The position numbers and the translations under genes were made by a program. From positions 1 to 35,945 of the forward strand of contig CAYZWQ010000005.1 of assembly GCA_964481355.1 (NCBI GenBank): a DNA stretch of 35,945 bases, written 5' to 3'. Below, one piece after another: positions 7,606-14,427 of the stretch. The notes under the pieces are model-generated. The model did no database searches. It saw only the letters and a list, made by a program, of their open reading frames with translations, and was not told where the DNA came from. This DNA comes from an uncultured Chitinophagales bacterium (GTDB taxonomy: Bacteria > Bacteroidota > Rhodothermia > Balneolales > CAYWCV01). The number at the start of each line of letters is the position of its first letter. The first letter of the stretch is position 1.

Positions 7606-8538
7606 ATGATACGTATATCCGGCACTTTCCTCGATGAGATTACGCACGACATTCCGGCCCAAAATTGGGGCGAAGCGGAGTGGGCGGCCGACTTCGATGC
7701 CATGAAGGCGGTTGGAATCGACACGGTGATCCTCATTAGGGCCGGCCACAAACGAACGGCTACCTTTAATTCGAAGGTGTTGTCGAGGGAGATGGACATC
7801 TTCCCGGTCTATCAGGACCTTGTTGACCTGTTCCTTCGTCAGGCCGAGCGCTGCGGCATGAAATTTTATTTCGGCACCTACGATTCGGGCAGATATTGGC
7901 ACAGCGGCGACTACCAGAGGGAATCCGACATCAACAAGGCCTTCTGCGAGGAGGTGGTCGACACGTACGGCCATTACCCAGCTTTTGGTGGATGGTACAT
8001 CTCCCATGAGATCAACGCCTTCGACGCCGGAATGATGCGTGTGTATGAGGAGCTGAGCAGACACTTGCGCGACCTGAAACCAATGCCTATCCTGATCTCT
8101 CCCTACGTAAGGGGCAAGAAGCAGTTCGGTGCCGATGCGATAACGTTGCGCCAACATGAAGCCGAGTGGGAACAGGTCTTTTCGACGATCGCCGGCATGG
8201 TCGACATCGTCGCATTCCAAGATGGACAAATCGGATTCGGCGAGCTTGACGACTACCTGCAGGTGAACCGTGAACTTGCAAGCAAATATGGCATTCGCTC
8301 ATGGAGCAATGTGGAGTCGTTCGACCGCGACATGCCGATCAAGTTTCCACCCATCCCCTTCAACAAGCTTCGCTTCAAGATGGAGCGGGCCCACGCCGCA
8401 AACGTGGAAAAGCTGATCACGTTTGAGTTCTCACATTTCATGAGCCCAAATTCCACTTATCCGTCTGCCCGGAATTTGTACAACCGCTATCGGGAATGGC
8501 TTGGAGAGCAAGAGCAGCAGCAAGAGCAAGAGCAATGA
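7606..8538 (+). CDS. DUF4434-family protein (predicted TIM-barrel glycosidase-like), cytoplasmic
   Basis: The N-terminus ISGTFLDEITHDIPAQNWG is the signature I associate with DUF4434. There is no signal peptide. The C-terminus (EQEQQQEQEQ) runs into the 18-bp tandem repeat, and the stop lies inside it. Confidence 0.7.
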   Translation: MIRISGTFLDEITHDIPAQNWGEAEWAADFDAMKAVGIDTVILIRAGHKRTATFNSKVLSREMDIFPVYQDLVDLFLRQAERCGMKFYFGTYDSGRYWHSGDYQRESDINKAFCEEVVDTYGHYPAFGGWYISHEINAFDAGMMRVYEELSRHLRDLKPMPILISPYVRGKKQFGADAITLRQHEAEWEQVFSTIAGMVDIVAFQDGQIGFGELDDYLQVNRELASKYGIRSWSNVESFDRDMPIKFPPIPFNKLRFKMERAHAANVEKLITFEFSHFMSPNSTYPSARNLYNRYREWLGEQEQQQEQEQ

Positions 8539-8610
8539 CAAGAACAAGAGCAATGGCAAGAACAAGAGCAATGGCAAGAACAAGAGCAATGGCAAGAACA
8601 AGAGCAAGAG
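8505..8610. repeat. Tandem repeat, 18-bp unit CAAGAGCAATGGCAAGAA, about 4.7 copies plus degenerate CAAGAG hexamers
   Basis: Copies lie at 8527-8544, 8545-8562, 8563-8580 and 8581-8598, with a partial copy at 8599-8610. The first copy carries TGA where the others carry TGG (CAATGACAAG versus CAATGGCAAG). That TGA is the DUF4434 stop codon. Confidence 0.9.
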
Positions 8611-8617
8611 TGCATTG

Positions 8618-9793
8618 ATGGATACCTTTCCGTACCAACATCCCAGGGCGGCAGAGTTGTACCGAATTTTCGATACGGAGCTGTTGCAGTCGGTCGTGCC
8701 ATTCTGGGAGCGGCATTCGCCCGATCGTTTGAATGGGGGGTACTTCAACTGCCTGGACCAAGACGGCTCTGTGTACGATCGTCGAAAGCACATATGGCTT
8801 CAGGGCCGTCAGGTCTGGATGTTCTCTAAACTGTACAACACGGTTGAGAGACGTGGCGATTGGCTTGAAATGGCACGGCTCGGAGCCGATTTCTTGGACC
8901 GTAGGGCCATCCAACCCGACGGAAGGGTCTTCTTTTCGCTAACCGAAGAAGGCAAGCCGCTGAGCATGCAACGGAAGATCTTCTCGGAGTGCTTCTGGAT
9001 CATGGCCATGGCCGAATTCAGTCGTGCTAGTGGCGAAAACTCCTATATGGTGAAGGCAAAGGAGGAGTTTGATCGTGTATGGGGCTGGTCGGACGACCTG
9101 CGCAAGGTTGGCCGGCCGTCCTACAGCGGAGAGCCTGCCGCCCAGGGCTTGGCCATACCCATGATTTTGCTCAACCTGATAGAAGAGGTGGCCGGCGATC
9201 ACTGGCAGGAGTATGGTGAGCAGGTGGATGAATGCATTCGACGCATGCTGCTGCATGTCGACGCATCGAGGCAAATGGTATTCGAAACGGTTGCTCCGAA
9301 CGGCGACAAGATACCCGGATACGACGGACGGCTGCTCAATCCGGGCCACGCCATCGAGGCTGGATGGTTCTTGCAGCATTGGGCACAGCGGCTGGGTAGG
9401 CCGGAGCTCGGCGAGGTGGCTGTCAACATGGTGCGGTGGTCGTTCGACAAGGGTTGGGATCACGAGCACGGCGGCATCTTTTACTTCCTTGATGCCGATG
9501 GTTACACACCCGTGCAGCTCGAATGGGACATGAAACTGTGGTGGCCGCACTGTGAGGCCATGTATGCCCATTTACTGAATTACCGGATCACTGGAGATGA
9601 AGCGGATTTGGAGCGGTTTGAACGGACCTTTGAGTGGACGTTTTCCCATTTCCCGGATCCTGAGCACGGCGAGTGGTACGGATATCTGAATCGCCGTGGG
9701 GAAGTCACCCACCGGTTCAAGGGTGGCCCTTACAAGGGGTGCTTTCACGTTCCAAGGGCGCTTTGGCTCTGCAGGAGGCTTCTCGCTCCGTAA
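8618..9793 (+). CDS. N-acylglucosamine 2-epimerase (AGE / RENBP-type)
   Basis: The motifs LQSVVPFWERHSPDRLNGGYFNCLDQDG and MKLWWPHCEAMYA resemble the RENBP/AGE family, as does the overall length. The tracked ORF opens at TTG 8501 inside the repeat, but the ATG at 8618 (MDTFPYQ) is the likely start. Confidence 0.85.
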   Translation: MDTFPYQHPRAAELYRIFDTELLQSVVPFWERHSPDRLNGGYFNCLDQDGSVYDRRKHIWLQGRQVWMFSKLYNTVERRGDWLEMARLGADFLDRRAIQPDGRVFFSLTEEGKPLSMQRKIFSECFWIMAMAEFSRASGENSYMVKAKEEFDRVWGWSDDLRKVGRPSYSGEPAAQGLAIPMILLNLIEEVAGDHWQEYGEQVDECIRRMLLHVDASRQMVFETVAPNGDKIPGYDGRLLNPGHAIEAGWFLQHWAQRLGRPELGEVAVNMVRWSFDKGWDHEHGGIFYFLDADGYTPVQLEWDMKLWWPHCEAMYAHLLNYRITGDEADLERFERTFEWTFSHFPDPEHGEWYGYLNRRGEVTHRFKGGPYKGCFHVPRALWLCRRLLAP

Positions 9794-9800
9794 AGGAATC

Positions 9801-11477
9801 TTAAAACCGCAGGATAGACATCAGGAGATTCTCGTCGACAGTGACGTCCTGGCGTCGGAACCGCGTGGGCAGCAGCGACTGATGCACAACCTCTGGGAGG
9901 CGCTCGGCCATTGTCTGACGAATATCCGATTCAACCTCCCCATATGGTTTGATGCTGTATGACCTGCTGGTGGCCTCGATAAGAGCCCACGCGTTTTCGC
10001 GGGGCCAGGGTCCCGAGAGCATGCGCCCGCCCCTCTCCGACTCAAGTGGAAGGGTATGCTCGGGTAACCCGTTTTTCGATGGATCTGTCCGGGACCCTTC
10101 ACGGTAAGTCCATGTAGTGGCATGTGCATCCAGTGCGATGCCCCAGTCGTTGCTTTGCTGGTAGCTTCGGATCACCTTCCAGGCATCGGAACTGTCGGGA
10201 AACACGTAGTACCTGAATCCGGAGGTGACGGAGGTGACATACCGGGTTTCCTTCCATCGTTCATACCATTCGTTTGAAAGTCGGTCCACATCGATAGTAT
10301 CGGCCACAGACCTCAGTGTGGCAAAGTACAGGGCGGTGTTGGTGGCCATTCTTTCCGCAAGCTGGACCTCAGGGGCCGATGCCAAGCCGGACAACTCAGC
10401 GCGTGCTGCCAGCACGGAGTCGCGGATGGCCAGCTCGAGCGCTCCTCTCAGGTTTGGACCCAGCATTTCGAGGGGAAGATCGGGCAGGCGGTCGATGAGC
10501 TGGCCAAAGGTGAACGGCTTGCCTTCGACCAATGCCAGGGGGGTGTCGCGTGTAAGCGATTCAGGCCTTAATTCGAGGAAACCCTGGTTCATGGCAACCA
10601 AGTCCATGTAGGATGTGGTGCGGGGTACCAACGGCGCAATTTCTGTCCAGGCTTGGCGCAGGCGGTCCATGTAGGTTTCGAGGGAGTGGGATGTCATCAG
10701 GGAGTCGGTGTATGGCACCGTGATTTCCTCGAGCCGACGATGGTACACCTTGAAGGCCAAATTCTCGCGTGCATTGCTGTAGGTGGTGCCGTCGGCATGG
10801 AAGGTTTCCTCGCGTTCCAAAAGGCGGAATATGTGCCAACCGCGCAGTGACTGCACCGGATTGCTGACCTCGCCGGCCACCTTGAGCGACATAGCCGCCG
10901 CTTCGGGCGCCTCGTCCATCATCTCGAAGCCTACCCACCCCATTTTGAAGGAAGAATCGGGCACACCCATCTTTCGCATGCTTTCGGCTGCGAGCGTCTC
11001 GAAGTCTTCGCCAGCCTTGAGCCTGCTTTCATACGAGATGATATCCTCTCGGGTCGGGGCGTAAATCTGCTCCAGGTTCAGCCGCGTGTTCGACCTGCGG
11101 AACGCATCCATGATGTCGGCCTCGTCGGGCATTTGCAACTTCGGTTCGGCAATTTTTTCCAGCCATGACCGGCGCAAGGCGGCCTCGCGCTTGCGTCGGA
11201 TGTCGAGCTGTACCTCACGCAGCGTATCTAGCGACATCCCTCTGCCGATCTCTGCGATGATCTTTCGCTCCAGCATTGCCAGGGCGTAGTCCCTTCGCGA
11301 TTCGAGACCATCACGCATGGGGGCCGCTGAGGCAAAAGCAATGTACTCCTCCTCGAACGATGCAAGGTCCACGGAAACATCCTCCCAATGCGCGACCACG
11401 GGCTGCGGTGGCTCATCGGCTGGCGCGCCGCATGCCACCAAAGTGAATGCCACGAAGAACGGTCCAAGAATTTTCAT
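9801..11477 (-). CDS. Parvulin-type peptidyl-prolyl isomerase lipoprotein (SurA/PpiD-like), 558 aa
   Basis: The lipoprotein signal is FVAFTLVAC. A parvulin-like block reads GWVGFEMMDEAPEAAAMSLKVAGEVSNPVQSLRGWHIFRLLE. Its start overlaps the GH38 stop (ATGA). Confidence 0.7.
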   Translation of the reverse strand: MKILGPFFVAFTLVACGAPADEPPQPVVAHWEDVSVDLASFEEEYIAFASAAPMRDGLESRRDYALAMLERKIIAEIGRGMSLDTLREVQLDIRRKREAALRRSWLEKIAEPKLQMPDEADIMDAFRRSNTRLNLEQIYAPTREDIISYESRLKAGEDFETLAAESMRKMGVPDSSFKMGWVGFEMMDEAPEAAAMSLKVAGEVSNPVQSLRGWHIFRLLEREETFHADGTTYSNARENLAFKVYHRRLEEITVPYTDSLMTSHSLETYMDRLRQAWTEIAPLVPRTTSYMDLVAMNQGFLELRPESLTRDTPLALVEGKPFTFGQLIDRLPDLPLEMLGPNLRGALELAIRDSVLAARAELSGLASAPEVQLAERMATNTALYFATLRSVADTIDVDRLSNEWYERWKETRYVTSVTSGFRYYVFPDSSDAWKVIRSYQQSNDWGIALDAHATTWTYREGSRTDPSKNGLPEHTLPLESERGGRMLSGPWPRENAWALIEATSRSYSIKPYGEVESDIRQTMAERLPEVVHQSLLPTRFRRQDVTVDENLLMSILRF

Positions 11478-14095
11478 CGCACCAACAGGGTCACAATTCG
11501 GTGGGGAAGAACATCCATATGGATGGATCCGTCAACTATGGCAAAGGACCCCGCATCGTCCCAGTTTTCGTGCAGATCGGTGACACATGCCGCCGTTTTC
11601 GTCGTCGGCACTCTCATGATGCATGATTCCGGTTTGTCGCTCGTCGAGTAGATCCTTATTACCCAGCAGGCTTCCGTATCGTGGTGCTTGAGCGCAGACA
11701 GCACAATCGCCGGATTGTCGATGGACAGCAATGATGTTGCCACCGGCAGGACTCCTTTCCCAGTTGCATAAGGCAGCCACGGGAAGACCCGTACCTGCAA
11801 GGGATGGGAGAATTCCCTCAGGGCGCGATGGGCAGTCGGTACGTTTTCAATGGTCGTTCCCATCGCCATTTCAACCGTTATTGGCCTCAGGCACTGGGCT
11901 CCCGGCACGGGGATGGACGGGCCTGCCTGCACGCGCCTGATTCTTCCGCCGCCGGTGCTGAGCATGCCCACCGACCGGTGGAGTGTCACAGCCAGACAGG
12001 AGCCATGAGCCGCATGTTGCACGATTTCGTATTCGTGGTTGCCCCTGCAGGCAAGCCAAAGTGCCGGTGCCAGATATCTGGGCACGATCACGCCGTCGCG
12101 CATGAACTCTGTGCCATAGTCGAGCTCGCCCGGGTACCCGTTCCATCGATCTGCCGACGTTTCGGGGGTCCTTAACGGACCAAAATGGTGATCGGCCAAT
12201 CTGAAATGGGCGTCTGCGATGCTGTAGTTCACATGTTCACCCAACGGGATGAGCAGGCGGAGGCGCCCGTCGGAGGCGTTGTTGGTGTAGTCGATCCGGA
12301 TCGAATGCCCACCTTCGGGAAGCTCATGCACACGCCCATAAACATGCAAATCGACTATGCCCCCTTGCCGGGTTTCGGGAACTTGGAGCGACCATGAGAG
12401 GAGCCCTTTCGACACATCCGGCATCACAGGGGCCTCCCACGACCGGTCGTCGGGATCCGGTCCATAGGAATAGGTGTCGCCAAAATCGGGCCGCCATTCA
12501 AGAATGGCCGAATCCCACAGCGTTTCCAACATCGGGGTATCTGGTGTGCTGCCCCCTCCACCTGTAGCGAGTCCAGTTTGATGCACATGGACCACGGTGT
12601 ATCCCGCCGCAGGTGCCGTCACAAGCATGCGTACATGGTAGCGGCGACCCCATGTTGCGCCCAGAAACTGGTTTTGTACCACCGGGGCCTCCGACGATAC
12701 GACGTTCAGCGGCACCGGTGTGCCCTTTCCATCATGGGCGGCAAGATGTGATTCGGGGGGTGGTGAACCCTCCTCCCCATCCGGGTTGGGATAGAACACT
12801 TGGGTCTCCACCCATGAGGTGACGCTGTACGGGTGCGGGTTGTGCACCAGCAGATAACTTACATCCGCCGCAGGCTGGCCGTCGTTCGATGGATGGTCGA
12901 GCCCCTTGATGAGCGCCTGTTCCATGATTTCGGTAATGAGCACCTCAGCCATGTGGCCTACCTGCTGGAAGCGAACTTCGTTGTCGGAGTGCACGTCGTC
13001 GACACTGCACCCGCAGATGTCGTCGTGGGGGTGGTTCTTCATGAGCTTGCGCCAGATCCTGTCGATCAGAGTGGCGTCGTGGCCAATCAATCCCTGCTCC
13101 ACCGCAGTAAGCACAAACGGCTCCAAAAAGCCCGTGATCAGCGATTCAAGCCGGTGATTCTGCTGCTTGATGTACATACGCGTCGACCATACCCCCTTCA
13201 GAATGGGGTGATGGGCGTTGCCGTCCAAATCGCCGGTAAACTGTGGCCGCATCCTGTCGTAGGCCACTATGTTCCGCGCATAGGCGTCCAAATCGGAATG
13301 TTCAAGTGCGAAGGGCAGTTGGCGGGCGTTGAGTTGCTCGAGAATTTGGGGGAGCTCGGCCTGCTCAGGCATGTGGTCCATTCCATTGAACAGCACCACC
13401 CAAGGTTCCGGCTGGATGCCAGCATAATGCTCGACGGTCTTTTTGATTCGCTCTTCGGCCAAATCAATATCGGGCGACAAGCCTTCGAAACGTCCGTAAA
13501 CGGAGGGGAAACCCAGGGCAGAGGCATTGAAGTATCCGTCGATCATGTAGGTGGCAACCACCTTGCTGCCGTCGGGAGCCACCCAGTCGAAGATGCTTCC
13601 GAGTTCTTCGAAGTCCTTTTCGGGCATGCCCCTCATAAACAGAAAGGTCTCGAGACCCAATTGGCGCAGCACTTGTGGAAGTTGGGCAAAGTGACCGAAC
13701 GGATCCGGCACATACCCCACCCTCAGCAGTCCTCCCCAGGCACGGCCGTCGGCCGCACCGGTCTGCAGGTTCCGGATCACCGACTCGCCGCTCACCAGAA
13801 ACAGATCGGGAAGCACATACCATGGGCCAATCATAAGCCTCTTTTCCTGGATCAGGCGGCGAATACGACCGGCCGCATGTGGACGCACCCCGAGGTAGTC
13901 TTCCAGGAGGATGGTCTGTCCATCGAACATGAACGACTTGTATTCCTTGTCGCCCTCAAGAAGAGCCAAAATTCGGTCGGTCATTCGAACCAGCCGATGC
14001 CTGTAGCTCTCGAACGGCAGATACCACGCCCTGTCCCAATGAGAGTGGGAGACCACCAAACCCTTGATACTGTTGTTTGTTTGCATGAGGCTCAT
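11474..14095 (-). CDS. GH38 family alpha-mannosidase, MngB (mannosylglycerate hydrolase)-like, cytoplasmic
   Basis: The N-terminal GH38 motif is VVSHSHWDRAWYLPFE. GPWYVLPDLFLVSGESVIRNL and KNHPHDDICGCSVDDVH parallel the E. coli MngB sequence as I recall it. There is no signal peptide. Confidence 0.88.
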   Translation of the reverse strand: MSLMQTNNSIKGLVVSHSHWDRAWYLPFESYRHRLVRMTDRILALLEGDKEYKSFMFDGQTILLEDYLGVRPHAAGRIRRLIQEKRLMIGPWYVLPDLFLVSGESVIRNLQTGAADGRAWGGLLRVGYVPDPFGHFAQLPQVLRQLGLETFLFMRGMPEKDFEELGSIFDWVAPDGSKVVATYMIDGYFNASALGFPSVYGRFEGLSPDIDLAEERIKKTVEHYAGIQPEPWVVLFNGMDHMPEQAELPQILEQLNARQLPFALEHSDLDAYARNIVAYDRMRPQFTGDLDGNAHHPILKGVWSTRMYIKQQNHRLESLITGFLEPFVLTAVEQGLIGHDATLIDRIWRKLMKNHPHDDICGCSVDDVHSDNEVRFQQVGHMAEVLITEIMEQALIKGLDHPSNDGQPAADVSYLLVHNPHPYSVTSWVETQVFYPNPDGEEGSPPPESHLAAHDGKGTPVPLNVVSSEAPVVQNQFLGATWGRRYHVRMLVTAPAAGYTVVHVHQTGLATGGGGSTPDTPMLETLWDSAILEWRPDFGDTYSYGPDPDDRSWEAPVMPDVSKGLLSWSLQVPETRQGGIVDLHVYGRVHELPEGGHSIRIDYTNNASDGRLRLLIPLGEHVNYSIADAHFRLADHHFGPLRTPETSADRWNGYPGELDYGTEFMRDGVIVPRYLAPALWLACRGNHEYEIVQHAAHGSCLAVTLHRSVGMLSTGGGRIRRVQAGPSIPVPGAQCLRPITVEMAMGTTIENVPTAHRALREFSHPLQVRVFPWLPYATGKGVLPVATSLLSIDNPAIVLSALKHHDTEACWVIRIYSTSDKPESCIMRVPTTKTAACVTDLHENWDDAGSFAIVDGSIHMDVLPHRIVTLLVR

Positions 14096-14427
14096 CGAAA
14101 TGTGGGCTTAAGATACGCTTAAATTGGGAAGTGCAAGGTTTTTGAAAAGACAATAGACATAATGTGCATAATAGTCTTTGTGCTTATAGATTTACGTACA
14201 CATGTTTGATGTCATAGGGGATAAAAGTGGAGAAGCGGGAATAATATGACCTAAAAAAATAAAAAAGCGCTTTTGAAAAAAAGTTTCAGAAGCATTGATT
14301 TGTAACTTTGCAAACAATATAATGTGCCTATAGAAATCCACAACAGACATAATGTACACATTACGTGTAACTTGTGCATTTTCGAAACACAATCATTGTT
14401 GCATCGACGACCATAAGACCGAGGGCC
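14096..14427. promoter_or_regulatory. AT-rich divergent control region with repeated motifs
   Basis: Direct repeats CAATAGACATAATGTGCATA (14151-14170) and CAACAGACATAATGTACACA (14341-14360) match at 17/20. A third ATAATGTGC lies at 14319-14327. GTGCYTATAGA occurs twice, at 14180 and 14324. TACGTACACATGT is at 14193-14205, and TACAC-N5-GTGTA at 14354-14368. TAACTTTG (14303-14310) fits the Bacteroidetes -7 consensus TAnnTTTG. Confidence 0.5.

Noticed and set aside
8501-8617. K/S/N-rich N-terminal extension of the epimerase (MESKSSSKSKSNDKNKSNGKNKSNG...) and a 27-aa MTRTRAMA... ORF in the third frame
   Set aside because: Both are by-products of the 18-bp repeat being open in all frames. The AGE family core begins at MDTFPYQ (ATG 8618). 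A TTG start inside a repeat is unsupported without proteomic evidence.
12833-14122. 429-aa plus-strand ORF antisense to the GH38 gene. Similar long shadow ORFs occur at 5059-5886, 5856-6521, 7591-8229, 8939-9571, 14455-15072, 16375-17070, 17996-18802, 21860-22468, 28589-29233, 30366-30965 and 32673-33332.
   Set aside because: Each lies entirely within and opposite a gene with strong family motifs. Their translations are low-complexity (rich in R, G, H, P and V) with no recognisable motifs. This is typical of mirror-frame ORFs in moderately GC-rich coding DNA.
14096-14427. Possible riboswitch (for example cobalamin) upstream of the TonB-dependent receptor
   Set aside because: The region is AT-rich and lacks the conserved GC-rich B12-box-like core or any extended conserved helices I can recognise. 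Repeated short DNA motifs fit protein operators better.
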